Source of the DNA: an uncultured Bacteroidota bacterium
GTDB lineage: Bacteria; Bacteroidota; Bacteroidia; Flavobacteriales; TMED113
Direction: 5' to 3'
DNA length: 53,997 nucleotides
Assembly: GCA_902533035.1 (NCBI GenBank)
Contig: CACAKI010000004.1
Span: forward strand, 1-53,997
Part shown: positions 18,543-30,327 of the stretch, in pieces
How positions within the stretch are numbered: the stretch's first letter is position 1
Layout: the number at the start of each line of letters is the position of its first letter
The notes under the pieces: model-generated
Told to the model about the DNA's origin: nothing
The model's input: the letters and a program-made list of their open reading frames with translations, nothing else
The model's database searches: none
Made by a program: the position numbers and the translations under genes

Positions 18543-19622
18543 TTGAAACACTTAAGATCAATAAAAACCAATTATTATAAGACGATTTCCTTATTGGTTT
18601 TCTTTTTGGTTTTAATTCCAAAAACTTCTTTTTCTGCCGGACCCGAGAACAATAAAAACGAGGGATTTAATGCTGGAGACATGATATTACATCATATTTA
18701 TGATGCACATGAATGGCACGTTTTTGACTGGAAAGGTAAATCATACTCAATACCTCTACCAATTATTCTTTTTCATAAAGAAAGAGGTTTGAGTGTTTTT
18801 ATGTCATCAAAATTTAATCACGGGCATGATACATATAAAAATTATAAATTAGATCACGGAAATGTAGTTTGCATAAATGATTCTGGTGAATTAGATGAAG
18901 CTCAAACAGCAAAATTGTGGGATTTTTCCATCACAAAAAATGTTTTTAGCCTATTGTTTAGCATCATGTTGTTAATGATTATTTTTACTACGATTTCTAA
19001 TAGGTATAGAAAAAACACAAACCAAGCACCTCGCGGTATACAATCATTATTAGAGCCGATAATTCTGTTCATTAGAGACGATATTGCTAAATCTGCAATA
19101 GGAGAAAAAGATTATAAGAAATATTTACCTTTTTTATTAACGGTTTTCTTTTTTATATTCCTTAATAATTTACTTGGATTGGTTCCTTTTTTTCCTGGAG
19201 GAGCAAATTTAACGGGAAATATAGCCGTCCCTATGGTGATGGCCTCCTTAGTGTTTATTATTACAACATTAAGTGGAAAAAAATATTATTGGAAACATAT
19301 TTTTGCAATGCCTGGAGTTCCAAAGCCGGTATTGTTGATTTTAACACCAATAGAAATTTTCGGGGTTTTTTTAAAACCCCTGGTATTAATGATAAGGTTA
19401 TTTGCTAATATTACCGCTGGCCATATAATTATCTTGTCTTTTTTTAGCATGATATTTATATTTGGAGAAATGCACCCTTTAGCAGGATATGGGGTTTCTA
19501 TTTTTTCTGGTTTATTTGTTTTGTTTATGATGACCTTAGAATTATTAGTAGCTTTTTTACAGGCATATGTTTTTACATTGTTGGCCGCAATGTATTTTGG
19601 CATGGCAGTAGAGGAGCATTAG
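18543..19622 (+). CDS. atpB: ATP synthase F0 subunit a (long Bacteroidota type)
   Basis: HHIYDAHEWH N-terminal extension, IRLFANITAGH, LQAYVF. Confidence 0.97.
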   Translation: MKHLRSIKTNYYKTISLLVFFLVLIPKTSFSAGPENNKNEGFNAGDMILHHIYDAHEWHVFDWKGKSYSIPLPIILFHKERGLSVFMSSKFNHGHDTYKNYKLDHGNVVCINDSGELDEAQTAKLWDFSITKNVFSLLFSIMLLMIIFTTISNRYRKNTNQAPRGIQSLLEPIILFIRDDIAKSAIGEKDYKKYLPFLLTVFFFIFLNNLLGLVPFFPGGANLTGNIAVPMVMASLVFIITTLSGKKYYWKHIFAMPGVPKPVLLILTPIEIFGVFLKPLVLMIRLFANITAGHIIILSFFSMIFIFGEMHPLAGYGVSIFSGLFVLFMMTLELLVAFLQAYVFTLLAAMYFGMAVEEH

Positions 19623-19636
19623 AATTTTTAAAATGA

Positions 19637-19915
<279 letters not shown>

Positions 19916-19953
19916 TTAAAGGTTAGGTAGTATAAAAACATAAAATTATTTAT

Positions 19954-20448
19954 ATGGAATTAGTCAAACCAGACATAGGTTTATTGTTTTGGATGACAAT
20001 ATGTTTTGTCCTTCTTTTAATACTTATGAAAAAATATGCTTGGGGCCCAATATTAAAAGCGTTAAATGATAGAGAAAATGGAATCAGAGATGCTTTAAAT
20101 CAGGCTCAAAAAGCTAGAGATGAAATAAGTTCATTAAAAGAAAATCAGAATAATATTGTAATGGAGGCAAAAGCAGAAAGAGAGGCTATTATTTCAGAAG
20201 CAAAAAAATTTGTGGATGAATATAAATTAGAGCAAAAAACACTTATTGATCAAGAAATGGACAAGAGACTTCAATCGGTTCAGGACTCTATTCAAAAAGA
20301 AAAACAAGCGGCAATGGACTCGATAAAAAAGAGCGTTGCCTCTCTTTCAGTTGAAATAGCAGAAAAAATTTTAGAAAAAAAATTAGAAAGCGATTCAGAG
20401 CAACAAGATTTAATTAACAAAAGTCTAGAGAAATTGGATGTAAAATGA
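19954..20448 (+). CDS. atpF: ATP synthase F0 subunit b
   Basis: PDIGLLFW, KYAWGPIL..L..RE, coiled coil. Confidence 0.95.
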   Translation: MELVKPDIGLLFWMTICFVLLLILMKKYAWGPILKALNDRENGIRDALNQAQKARDEISSLKENQNNIVMEAKAEREAIISEAKKFVDEYKLEQKTLIDQEMDKRLQSVQDSIQKEKQAAMDSIKKSVASLSVEIAEKILEKKLESDSEQQDLINKSLEKLDVK

Positions 20449-20972
20449 GTGTAGTTGTTGCAAAAAGATACGCTAAATCAATATTTGATTTATGTCAAGA
20501 AAAAGATAGTCTAGAAAGAACCTATAAGGAAATAAATATTCTCATACAGGTTTTCAAAAACAACAAGACCATACTGGATTTTTTGATAAATCCAGTTATT
20601 TCTTTTTCTCAGAAAAAAGATTTTTTTGATAAAGGGTTAAAAGATAAATTAGACAATTTAACCATGTCGATTTTGTATTTTGTTATTAGAAACAAAAGAG
20701 CAAATATATTAATTCAAATCTTAGAAGAATATAATTTGTTATATAGGAAAGAGAAGAAAATCATGTATGTTGATTTAGTTACCGCCAAGAAAGCGAATGA
20801 TGAATTAAAAAGCATTATTATTAAAAGATTAGGTCAAGAAAAAAAGATATTGTTAAATGAAAAGATTGATAAAAGTATTTTGGGCGGTGTGTTAATAAAA
20901 GTAAATGATAAACAATTTGATTCAACAGTAAAAAATCATATTAATAAAATTAAAAGTAGTTTTAAAGTTTAA
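20445..20972 (+). CDS. atpH: ATP synthase F1 subunit delta
   Basis: AKRYAKS, IDKSILGG, DSTV; operon position. Confidence 0.95.
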   Translation: MSVVVAKRYAKSIFDLCQEKDSLERTYKEINILIQVFKNNKTILDFLINPVISFSQKKDFFDKGLKDKLDNLTMSILYFVIRNKRANILIQILEEYNLLYRKEKKIMYVDLVTAKKANDELKSIIIKRLGQEKKILLNEKIDKSILGGVLIKVNDKQFDSTVKNHINKIKSSFKV

Positions 20973-20984
20973 ATTAGTTAAGTT

Positions 20985-22565
20985 ATGTCAGAAATTAGAC
21001 CAGCAGAAGTTTCAGAAATATTAAAAAAAGAATTAGCCGGATTAGAAAACGTTTCTCAATTTGAAGAAGTTGGAGTGGTTCTAGAGGTTGGGGATGGTAT
21101 TGCAAGAATATATGGATTAAGCGATGTTCAATCAGGGGAGCTTATAGAATTCAAAAACGGATCACAGGGTATTGTTTTAAATCTTGAATCCGATCATGTT
21201 GGAGCCGTTCTTATGGATTCATCTCACTCTATTAAACAGGGTGATGTTGTAAAAAGAACAAAAAGAATAGCCTCTATTAAAGTTGGAAAAGGTATGTTAG
21301 GAAGGGTGGTAGACTGCTTAGGAAAACCAATTGATGGTAAGGGTGAGATTGTTGGGGACTCTTTTGAAATGCCATTGGAAAGAAAGGCCCCAGGTGTTTT
21401 ATTTAGAGAGCCCGTTAGCGAACCACTACAAACAGGAATTAAGGCGATCGACTCTATGATTCCTATAGGAAGGGGCCAAAGAGAGTTAATTATTGGTGAT
21501 AGACAAACAGGGAAAACATCAGTTGCAATAGACACCATTATTAATCAGAAAAAATTTTTTGAAGAAGGGAGCCCTGTTTATTGTATTTATGTTGCTATAG
21601 GGCAAAAAGGATCGACAGTGGCAAATATTCAAAAAACATTAGAGCAGAACGGAGCGATGGATTATACTGTTATTGTTGCAGAAAACGCATCAGATCCCGC
21701 CCCAAAACAATTTTATGCTCCATTTGCTGGGGCCTCTATAGGGGAATTTTTCAGAGACACAGGATCACATGCGCTTGTGATATATGATGATTTATCAAAA
21801 CAAGCAGTTTCTTATCGTGAGGTTTCATTATTATTGCGTAGACCACCAGGAAGAGAAGCTTATCCGGGGGATGTTTTTTATTTACACTCTAGATTACTTG
21901 AGAGGGCGGCTAAGGTTATAAACTCAGATGAGATAGCGGCAACAATGAATGATTTACCTGAATCTATTTCTGGAATGGTGAAGGGAGGTGGGTCTTTGAC
22001 TGCTTTACCAATTATTGAAACTCAAGCGGGGGATGTGTCGGCATATATTCCTACTAATGTAATTTCCATCACAGATGGTCAAATATTTTTGGAGTCAGAT
22101 TTATTTAATTCAGGTGTTCGACCAGCAATTAATGTTGGTATATCTGTATCAAGGGTAGGGGGAAGTGCTCAAATAAAATCTATGAAAAAAGTAGCGGGAA
22201 CACTAAAATTAGATCAAGCACAGTACAGAGAGTTAGAAGCGTTTTCTAAATTTGGATCTGATTTAGATGCGGCAACCACAACAATTATTGAAAAAGGAAG
22301 AAGAAATGTAGAAATATTAAAACAAGGTTTAAATCAACCAATGTTAGTTGAAAATCAAATTGCTATAATTTATTGTGGAACCAAGGGTCTTTTGAATGAT
22401 GTTTCATTAGAAAAAATAAAAGATTTTGAGGAAGAGTTTTTGAATTTCATGAGAAAAGAGCATCCAAATATTTTATCTGCTATTAAGGAGGGAAAATTAT
22501 CTGAAGAAGTTATTCAGGGGTTAGAAGAATCGTGTAAAAAAATCAAAAAAAATTATATTTCTTAG
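20985..22565 (+). CDS. atpA: ATP synthase F1 subunit alpha
   Basis: [37 protein letters not shown]. Confidence 0.99.
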   Translation: MSEIRPAEVSEILKKELAGLENVSQFEEVGVVLEVGDGIARIYGLSDVQSGELIEFKNGSQGIVLNLESDHVGAVLMDSSHSIKQGDVVKRTKRIASIKVGKGMLGRVVDCLGKPIDGKGEIVGDSFEMPLERKAPGVLFREPVSEPLQTGIKAIDSMIPIGRGQRELIIGDRQTGKTSVAIDTIINQKKFFEEGSPVYCIYVAIGQKGSTVANIQKTLEQNGAMDYTVIVAENASDPAPKQFYAPFAGASIGEFFRDTGSHALVIYDDLSKQAVSYREVSLLLRRPPGREAYPGDVFYLHSRLLERAAKVINSDEIAATMNDLPESISGMVKGGGSLTALPIIETQAGDVSAYIPTNVISITDGQIFLESDLFNSGVRPAINVGISVSRVGGSAQIKSMKKVAGTLKLDQAQYRELEAFSKFGSDLDAATTTIIEKGRRNVEILKQGLNQPMLVENQIAIIYCGTKGLLNDVSLEKIKDFEEEFLNFMRKEHPNILSAIKEGKLSEEVIQGLEESCKKIKKNYIS

Positions 22566-23423
22566 ATGAGTAATTTAAAGGAAATAAGAACTAGAATTAC
22601 ATCGATTTCTAAATCCATGCAAATAACTAGCGCTATGAAAATGGTTTCAGCGGCTAGATTAAAAAAATCTCAAGAAAGGATAGAGAAAATGCGACCTTAT
22701 GCTGAAAAGATGAGTCAATTAATTGCAGATTTAAGCGCAAATTCAGAAAATAAAGGGGGATTAACTCAGCAAGCAGAAGGAGAAAAAACACTTTTTTTAT
22801 TTTTATCATCTAATAAAGGTCTTTGTGGAAGTTTTAATACATCATTAGTGAAGTATTTAGAAGAACTTTGTAAAACATCTTTTACTAAAACAAAAAATGA
22901 AGTACTTTGTTTAGGAAAAAAAGCAGACCCCATTTTAAGAAGAAAAGGCTTCAGTATAATAGACGTAAACACTGATATTATTGAAAAGCCAAATTTCGAA
23001 GAAAGTTCCTTAATTTCAGAAAAAATAATGACAGATTTTTTAAATCGCAAATGGGAAAAGGTGTTTCTTGTTTATAATAAATTTAAAAATGCAGCGGTAC
23101 AAATTCCTTCACACGAACAGTTATTACCAATACAAAAAATTGAGAATAATGAACAAAAAAAGAGCAGTTATGAGTTTGAACCATCTAGTGAAGAAATACT
23201 AGAAGATTTATTACCAAACAGTATTAAAATAAAAACTTTTAAATCTTTATTAGAATCGATAGCTTCTGAAAATGGCTCAAGAATGACGGCAATGCACAAA
23301 GCTACTGATAACGCAAAAGAACTACAAGAGGGGCTAAAATTAAGTTACAACCGACAAAGACAAGCTGCTATAACTGGAGAAATTTTAGAAATTGTTGCGG
23401 GAGCCGAGGCTCTTAAAAAATAA
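22566..23423 (+). CDS. atpG: ATP synthase F1 subunit gamma
   Basis: QITSAMKMV, KGLCGSFN, RMTAMHKATDNA, RQAAITGEILEI. Confidence 0.98.
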   Translation: MSNLKEIRTRITSISKSMQITSAMKMVSAARLKKSQERIEKMRPYAEKMSQLIADLSANSENKGGLTQQAEGEKTLFLFLSSNKGLCGSFNTSLVKYLEELCKTSFTKTKNEVLCLGKKADPILRRKGFSIIDVNTDIIEKPNFEESSLISEKIMTDFLNRKWEKVFLVYNKFKNAAVQIPSHEQLLPIQKIENNEQKKSSYEFEPSSEEILEDLLPNSIKIKTFKSLLESIASENGSRMTAMHKATDNAKELQEGLKLSYNRQRQAAITGEILEIVAGAEALKK

Positions 23424-23471
23424 TTTTTCACTCCACTCGTTTATACTGTATAAATAACTTATTTTTAATAT

Positions 23472-24899
23472 ATGCGAAAACTGAAATTAAGTCACAGAAT
23501 ATTAATGTCTATGTTGGTGTTAATTTTCTTTTCTTTTTTAGCTGTAGGTGTTACAACTATATTTCGATATCAATCTAAAAATAAAGAATATCATAAAGAA
23601 AGATTAAAAAGAAAAGATAGGGCGGTTGCACAATCTATTAAATATATGACTCACCCTGAAACACTTTCTTTAAATGAATTTTTAGAAACGGACATATTAA
23701 CGAAACTTTCAAAAATCCACAAATTAAATATTAATATATATGACTTAAAAGGTAGACTTGTTGGAACATCAGACAAAAATAATTTACAAATTTCTAATTT
23801 ACCAGAAAAGCTTATAAGCACCATAAATCAAAAAATTGAAGTACAAGCAAACACAGTTAGAGAAATAAGAGATAAAAAAGAAGTTCTAGAAATTTATACT
23901 GTTTTATATCATAACAAAAAAGCATATGGTATTTTAAATATTCCATATAATTCCAATGAGTTAAATGATGTTAACGAAGAAATAAAAACAGAGGTTATGG
24001 TCTTAGTTAAGATATATACATTTTTATTTATTATAGCGGGTTTGATAGCGATTTTTCTTTTAAGGCAAATTACTAAACCCTTAAAAATAGTGACTCAAAA
24101 ACTAAAAGACGTAGAAATAACAAAACAAAATGAACCAATTGTTTGGCCAGTTAAAGATGAATTAGGGATGTTAATTACACAGTATAACAACCTTATTAAA
24201 GAATTAAAAGAAAAGGCAGACAAGCTAGCTAAAAGTGAAAGAAAAAGTGCGTGGAAAAAAATGGCTCAACAAATAGCGCATGAAATAAAAAACCCATTAA
24301 CACCAATGAGATTAAGTGTTCAACATTTTGAAAAAACAATTCAAAAAAATGATGAAAACTTAAATCAAAAAGTAAAAGAATTTACATCAACAATGCTACA
24401 ACAAATAGACACGATGTCAGCAGTTGCTTCCGCCTTTTCTGATTTTGCTAGTTTAACCAAAGAGGTCTTGGAAGAATTTGCATTAGAAAAAGAAGTTGGA
24501 AAAATAACAGATCTATATAAAAAAGAAGGTGTGCAATTTGAATTTGAACAAAAAGACTGCTATGTCAAAATGGACAAAACACATTTAACAAGAGTATTAA
24601 ATAATTTAATACAAAATGCGATTCAAGCCATTCCTTCTAAAAAAGAAAAGAAAGTAACAGTAGAAATAAATAATAATGGTAAATTTTGGTGCATTCAAAT
24701 TAAAGATAATGGATTAGGTATTGAACAAGAAATAATAGATAAAATATTTGAACCAAATTTCACTACAAAAAATTCTGGAATGGGGCTTGGTTTAGCGATG
24801 GTGAAAAATATTATTAATGATTTTCAAGGAGAGATTAGTTTTATAACTAAATTAGGAGTGGGCACAACATTTTTTGTCCAAATCCCAAAAATAAACTAA
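23472..24899 (+). CDS. Membrane sensor histidine kinase (HAMP-HisKA-HATPase, NtrY-like); no adjacent response regulator
   Basis: Two TM segments, DELG HAMP, AHEIKNPLTP H-box, NLIQNA, DNGLG, GMGLGL. Confidence 0.93.
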   Translation: MRKLKLSHRILMSMLVLIFFSFLAVGVTTIFRYQSKNKEYHKERLKRKDRAVAQSIKYMTHPETLSLNEFLETDILTKLSKIHKLNINIYDLKGRLVGTSDKNNLQISNLPEKLISTINQKIEVQANTVREIRDKKEVLEIYTVLYHNKKAYGILNIPYNSNELNDVNEEIKTEVMVLVKIYTFLFIIAGLIAIFLLRQITKPLKIVTQKLKDVEITKQNEPIVWPVKDELGMLITQYNNLIKELKEKADKLAKSERKSAWKKMAQQIAHEIKNPLTPMRLSVQHFEKTIQKNDENLNQKVKEFTSTMLQQIDTMSAVASAFSDFASLTKEVLEEFALEKEVGKITDLYKKEGVQFEFEQKDCYVKMDKTHLTRVLNNLIQNAIQAIPSKKEKKVTVEINNNGKFWCIQIKDNGLGIEQEIIDKIFEPNFTTKNSGMGLGLAMVKNIINDFQGEISFITKLGVGTTFFVQIPKIN

Positions 24900-24912
24900 A
24901 AAGAATTATCAA

Positions 24913-25674
24913 ATGACACACATAAACACATTAATAGAATCTTCGTTGGCAATTGTAAAAATAGAAAGAGAGTCGTATTTAAATGCATTAAATAAAGATG
25001 TTATTGAGGAGCTTTCATCTGAACTTCAAGTTTTAGAAAACAATCAAAATATAAGGGTGGTAATTATAGTGGGCTCTGGTCAAAAAGCGTTTGTTGCTGG
25101 AGCAGACATAAAAGAATTTTCAGGATATTCTGTAGAAGAAGGTGAGGCATTGAGCAAAAAGGGACAAGATAATTTATTTAACAAAATCGAAAACTTTAAA
25201 AAACCAATTATTGCAGCAATTAATGGATATGCTTTGGGTGGGGGATTAGAACTGGCCCTTTGTTGTCATATGCGTGTTGCTTCTGAGAATGCCAAAATGG
25301 GGCTTCCAGAATGTTCATTGGGTATTATTCCCGGCTATGGCGGAACACAAAGGCTTGTAAGGACGGTTGGCTTAACACATGCAACGGAAATGATATTAAC
25401 ATCAAAAATTATTGATGCTAATTTTGCTGAAAAAATAGGCCTTATTAATGCAAAAACAACCCAAGAAGATTTATTGCAAGTCGCAAAAAATTTAGCTAAA
25501 GGGTGTATTAAAAACTCTCCAAAATCTTTAGAATCAGCCATTAAATGTATAAATAAAAACTTTGACAAAAATGGATTGACTTTTGAACAAAAGGAATTTG
25601 GTAAGCTATTTGGAACAAAAGAATTTAAAGAAGGGGTTTCTGCTTTTTTAGAAAAAAGAAAACCTAATTATTGA
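24913..25674 (+). CDS. Enoyl-CoA hydratase/isomerase
   Basis: AFVAGADI, NGYALGGGLEL, PECSLGIIPGYGGTQRL. Confidence 0.95.
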   Translation: MTHINTLIESSLAIVKIERESYLNALNKDVIEELSSELQVLENNQNIRVVIIVGSGQKAFVAGADIKEFSGYSVEEGEALSKKGQDNLFNKIENFKKPIIAAINGYALGGGLELALCCHMRVASENAKMGLPECSLGIIPGYGGTQRLVRTVGLTHATEMILTSKIIDANFAEKIGLINAKTTQEDLLQVAKNLAKGCIKNSPKSLESAIKCINKNFDKNGLTFEQKEFGKLFGTKEFKEGVSAFLEKRKPNY

Positions 25675-27158
25675 AAATGAAATTACAGATATCTTTTTTT
25701 TCACAAACACTATATTATGGCCTTAGCTCAGTGCTAGCTAGACTTGCAAATTTTTTATTAGTTCCTTTATATATTACTGTGTTTCCAGCTGAGGATTTTG
25801 GGGTTCTATCGGTTTTTTATTCTGTTATGATTTTTCTTGCGATAATATTTAGTTTAGGAATGGAAACCACATTTTTTCGTTTTTCCAATCAAGCAAAAAA
25901 CAAAAAGGAACTATATTCTACCACTGCTTTTATTTTATTGTTATCATCTATAATTTGTTTATTAATAGGTCAAACAATCTTGCAAGTTTTCCCAAAAGAG
26001 TACACCATTATTTCACTCCCTATTACATATATCGTATGGTTATGTTTGATAACAGTTATTGATACTTTGTGTGTTTTTCCTTTTGCTAAATTAAGACAGG
26101 AAGAAAAAGCAAAGAAATTTGCAGTTATAAAGATAATTCATGTTGCATTAAACATTTCTTTGAATATTTTTTTCATTTTAGGATGCCCAAAGTTATTAGA
26201 AATAAATCCTGAATTTTTTGATTGGATCAATATGGTATATAATTCAGAAATAGGAATTGGTTATGTTTTTATATCTAATTTAATTGCAAGTGGGCTCACA
26301 TTTTTACTATTATTGCCAACTTTTTACGATCAAATAAGTTTGTCCAGTTTTTCAGTTTCATTAACAAAAAAAATGTTTAAATATTCACTTCCTTTAATTA
26401 TTGCGGGATTAGCATATGCTACAAATGAGGCTTTGGATAGAATTCTAATAGACCGTTTTTTAGGAAGCGAAGAGGCGGGGATATATACACTTGCTTATAA
26501 ATTATCAATATTTATGGTTTTGTTTGTGCAAGCGTATCGATATGCTGTTGAACCATATTATTTTAATAATTTTAAAAAAGAAAAGTTTAAATCCAACTAT
26601 GCTAATATAATGCGCTACTTTGTAATACTTTCTTCATTTATTTTCTTAACAATTTCTCTAAATATAGAATATGTTACGGCTGTAATTGAATGGATGTCGC
26701 CCTTTAAAGAATATCAAGAAGGTTTAGAGATTATACCCATTGTATTATTAGCTCATTTATTTTTGGGGATTTATTATAATTTATCGATGTGGTACAAATT
26801 AACAAATAAAACAAAATATGGAGCTTATATTTCCTTAATAGGAGCTTTTATTACAATTGTTTTTAATGTAATCTTAATTCCAACAATTGGATATATTGGT
26901 TCGGCCTGGGCAACATTAATATGTTACTTTACAATGGCTTTAATTTCTTATTTCTTTTCCAGGCGCTACTACTATATACCTTATCAAAAAATAAAAATTT
27001 TAAGTTATTTAATTTTGGCAGTTACTATATATATAGTTGCGGTTTATTTTGAAATAAACTGGTGGTTATATAATTTAATGTTGATAGTATTGTACCTTTG
27101 TATAGTTGTTTTTTCTGAGAATTTAAATAGAACAAAAAATGAGCTTAGTCAATTGTAA
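25671..27158 (+). CDS. Oligosaccharide flippase (Wzx/MOP family)
   Basis: QTLYYGLSS, GMETTFFRF, many TM segments, GIYYNLSMWYKL. Confidence 0.88.
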   Translation: MKMKLQISFFSQTLYYGLSSVLARLANFLLVPLYITVFPAEDFGVLSVFYSVMIFLAIIFSLGMETTFFRFSNQAKNKKELYSTTAFILLLSSIICLLIGQTILQVFPKEYTIISLPITYIVWLCLITVIDTLCVFPFAKLRQEEKAKKFAVIKIIHVALNISLNIFFILGCPKLLEINPEFFDWINMVYNSEIGIGYVFISNLIASGLTFLLLLPTFYDQISLSSFSVSLTKKMFKYSLPLIIAGLAYATNEALDRILIDRFLGSEEAGIYTLAYKLSIFMVLFVQAYRYAVEPYYFNNFKKEKFKSNYANIMRYFVILSSFIFLTISLNIEYVTAVIEWMSPFKEYQEGLEIIPIVLLAHLFLGIYYNLSMWYKLTNKTKYGAYISLIGAFITIVFNVILIPTIGYIGSAWATLICYFTMALISYFFSRRYYYIPYQKIKILSYLILAVTIYIVAVYFEINWWLYNLMLIVLYLCIVVFSENLNRTKNELSQL

Positions 27159-27576
27159 AATCATTAATAAATCAAACAATCCTTTACCAAAGTATCAAAC
27201 AGAGGGGGCCTCTGCAGTTGATCTTTTTGCAAACTTAAATGAGACTATTATATTAAAAGCAAAATCTAGAAAATTAATACCCACAGGAATATATATATCG
27301 ATACCAATCGGACATGAGGCGCAAGTAAGGCCAAGAAGCGGTTGGGCGATTAAACACGGCATAACAGTTCTAAATAGCCCTGGAACTATAGATTCAGATT
27401 ACAGAGGAGAAATAGGGGTTATCCTTATAAATCACTCAGAATTAGATTTTGAAATAACTAATGGAGATAGAATAGCGCAATTAGTATTGTCGGCTTATGA
27501 AAAAATAAATTGGCAAGAAACAGATTGTCTTGATGAAACCAAAAGAGGTAAAGGGGGCTTCGGAAGCACAGGTTAA
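27139..27576 (+). CDS. dut: dUTP diphosphatase
   Basis: RPRSG, PGTIDSDYRGE, RIAQ, RGKGGFGSTG. Confidence 0.98.
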   Translation: MSLVNCKIINKSNNPLPKYQTEGASAVDLFANLNETIILKAKSRKLIPTGIYISIPIGHEAQVRPRSGWAIKHGITVLNSPGTIDSDYRGEIGVILINHSELDFEITNGDRIAQLVLSAYEKINWQETDCLDETKRGKGGFGSTG

Positions 27577-27580
27577 AAAT

Positions 27581-28585
27581 ATGAATATTATTATTCCAAT
27601 GGCGGGCGTTGGATCTAGACTTAGACCAATAACCCCAACAACACCAAAACCGCTTATAAAATTAGCTGGTAAAACAATTATTCACAGGATTATAGAAGAG
27701 CTATATGATTATGGAAAAGTAAAGAAAATAGGTTTTATTTTACAGAAAAAAAACATTAAAACAGAAAGTGATTTAAAAGAAGTTGTAAGCAAGGGTTTTG
27801 ATGAAAGAATAAAAATATATTTCTTTTATCAAAAAACCCCAGAAGGAACCGCGCATGCAATTTATTGTGCCAAAAAACTATTAAAAGGAAAGTTAATGAT
27901 TGTTTTTTCAGACACGCTTTTCTTTTTGAAAAAAAGAATTAATTTTAATGAGTTACAAAAAAGTGATGGTTGTATTTTTGTTAAAAAAGTTAAAGATCCT
28001 TCTGCGTTTGGTGTGGTTAAGACAAATAAAAAAGGTGTAATAATTGATTTTGTTGAAAAGCCCTTAAAGCCCGTTTCGAAATCAGCCATTATAGGAGTGT
28101 ATTATTTTCAAAAAGCTGAAAAATTAGAAGAACAAATAGCAAGGATAATTTCAAAAAACATATTAGAGAAAAATGAATACCAATTAACCACAGCATTAAA
28201 AAACTTAACTCAAAAGGGAAGTAAATTCACGACCATTGAAGTTGAAGATTGGTTAGATTGTGGTAATCCAAATAATTTACTATTAACGAATACTTATTTG
28301 TTAAAAACAGGAAAATACCAATCTTCATCAAATAATACTAAAGTTATCCAACCTTCATATATAGGTGATAATGTAATAATTAGAAATTCCAAAATTGGTC
28401 CCAATGTTTCCATTGAAGATAATTGTACTATTGAACGGTCGGTGCTGAAGGGCACGATTATTCAAGAAAACACAATTGTTAAAAATGTGAATTTAAAAGA
28501 CTCTATTTTGGGAAAAAATGTAGAGTATAACACTAAAAGTAAGTCATTAATTATTGGACCATATTCTAATTTAAACAAATCATGA
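27581..28585 (+). CDS. Sugar-phosphate nucleotidyltransferase with left-handed beta-helix tail
   Basis: MNIIIPMAGVGSRLRP...PKP (ATG 27581), FVEKP, WLDCG, hexapeptide repeats. Confidence 0.9.
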   Translation: MNIIIPMAGVGSRLRPITPTTPKPLIKLAGKTIIHRIIEELYDYGKVKKIGFILQKKNIKTESDLKEVVSKGFDERIKIYFFYQKTPEGTAHAIYCAKKLLKGKLMIVFSDTLFFLKKRINFNELQKSDGCIFVKKVKDPSAFGVVKTNKKGVIIDFVEKPLKPVSKSAIIGVYYFQKAEKLEEQIARIISKNILEKNEYQLTTALKNLTQKGSKFTTIEVEDWLDCGNPNNLLLTNTYLLKTGKYQSSSNNTKVIQPSYIGDNVIIRNSKIGPNVSIEDNCTIERSVLKGTIIQENTIVKNVNLKDSILGKNVEYNTKSKSLIIGPYSNLNKS

Positions 28586-30315
28586 GAGTTGTGCCACAAA
28601 TAATATTTTGTTTAGTTTTTAGTGTAAGCTATTTGTTTTCACAATCAAAAAACACTATAGAGTTATCAGACAAAAAATATATGCATCATTTTTTTTTAGC
28701 TGAAAAACATAAAATGTTAGACGAGAATCAAAAAGCAATTATAGAATATGAAAATTGCATTAAGGAAAACCCTAATGAGCCGACTGCATTTTATCAATTA
28801 TCTAGATTACATTTAAGTTTAAATAATTTTGAGGAGGCTAAAGAATGTATTTTACAAGCAAAAAAACTAGACCCTAGAAATATTTGGTATGCGTATGTAT
28901 TAATTGATATTTATTATCAAAATTTCGAATTTGAAAAACAAGCAGAAGTTTTAGAAGATTTAATAAAAATTGATCCAAAAAATAAAATATATTATCTAGA
29001 GGCGATATATACTTATATTAATTTAGAACTATATAACAAAGCGTTAAAAATTATACAAAAGGCGGTAAAAAACATTGCTGATACAGAGGATTTAATTATT
29101 CTAAAATCAGAAATTTTTCAAAAACAAAATCAGTTAGAAAAAGCAATTCAAATTATTTTAGACGCACATAAGAAGGATCCAAAAAAGTTAATTTTTCTGG
29201 AAACACTATCAGAGTTATATATTTTGAAAAGTGAATATCAATTGGCTAATGAAATATATCAAGAAATACTAAAATTAGATTCAGAAAACGCAACGGCATT
29301 ATTAGCCTCTTATAAAATTGCACAAACTCAAAATCAAATACAATTAGAAAAGGACCTGCTTCTTAAGATTATTAAATCTTCTCAAATCACTAAAGATCAA
29401 AAAATAGACATCTTGTTTGAAATTTTTTCAGATAACAATATGTTGGAAAATTATAAAAATTTGATTCCTGAGATTTTAAATCACTGCATATTTATGTACC
29501 CAGAAGAATTTATGTTCTATGTAGTATTGGGGGATTTTCATTTATTAAATACCCAAAAGAAAGAGGCGTTAAATAATTATATTCAAGCGATTAATTATGG
29601 CTTAAAAGATAAGGTTTTATATGAAAAAGTGCTAAATATTAATTTAATTGAAAATCAATTAGATGATGTCTTGATGTATGCAAAACAAGCTTTGGATTAC
29701 TTTCCATACCATTCCATTTTTTATTATTATGAGGGCCTTGCCTTTATGTATAAAAAGGACAATAAAAATGCAATAAAAACTTTAAAAAAGGGACTAAATT
29801 ATGCTATAGATGATCCGTTTTTAAAATCAGAAATGTATTCTATTTTAGGGGATGTTTATCATAAATTGGGAGAGCATAAGGACTCAGATCAATCTTATGA
29901 TTTAGCTTTAGAAATTAATCCAGAATATATTATTGTTTTAAATAACTACAGCTATTATTTAGCTTTAAGGGGTGGGTTAGATAATTTATTAAAAGCAGAA
30001 TCAATGATTTTAAAGTGCCTAGAGCTAACTGAAGAAAGCCCAGAACCATCTTTTTTAGATACATATGCTTGGGTGCTGTATCAACAAGGGAAAGAAATAG
30101 ATGAAAAATTGACAAAATTAGAAAAATTCACTTTATCTAAAAAGATGATGGATGCCTGTTTTCAAAATGGCGGGAATTCCGCTGTGATGTATGAGCATTA
30201 TGGGGACATATTATTTGAACTTAATGATATTTCTGGAGCTAAAACACAATGGAAAGAGGCTTTCAAAAAAGATCCGAATAATAAAAATTTAAAAGAAAAA
30301 ATAGATAATTTTTAA
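28582..30315 (+). CDS. Secreted tetratricopeptide-repeat protein
   Basis: Signal peptide, multiple TPRs, LNNYSYYL, DTYAWVLY, EHYGD. Confidence 0.88.
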   Translation: MRVVPQIIFCLVFSVSYLFSQSKNTIELSDKKYMHHFFLAEKHKMLDENQKAIIEYENCIKENPNEPTAFYQLSRLHLSLNNFEEAKECILQAKKLDPRNIWYAYVLIDIYYQNFEFEKQAEVLEDLIKIDPKNKIYYLEAIYTYINLELYNKALKIIQKAVKNIADTEDLIILKSEIFQKQNQLEKAIQIILDAHKKDPKKLIFLETLSELYILKSEYQLANEIYQEILKLDSENATALLASYKIAQTQNQIQLEKDLLLKIIKSSQITKDQKIDILFEIFSDNNMLENYKNLIPEILNHCIFMYPEEFMFYVVLGDFHLLNTQKKEALNNYIQAINYGLKDKVLYEKVLNINLIENQLDDVLMYAKQALDYFPYHSIFYYYEGLAFMYKKDNKNAIKTLKKGLNYAIDDPFLKSEMYSILGDVYHKLGEHKDSDQSYDLALEINPEYIIVLNNYSYYLALRGGLDNLLKAESMILKCLELTEESPEPSFLDTYAWVLYQQGKEIDEKLTKLEKFTLSKKMMDACFQNGGNSAVMYEHYGDILFELNDISGAKTQWKEAFKKDPNNKNLKEKIDNF

Positions 30316-30327
30316 AATATACTTTAC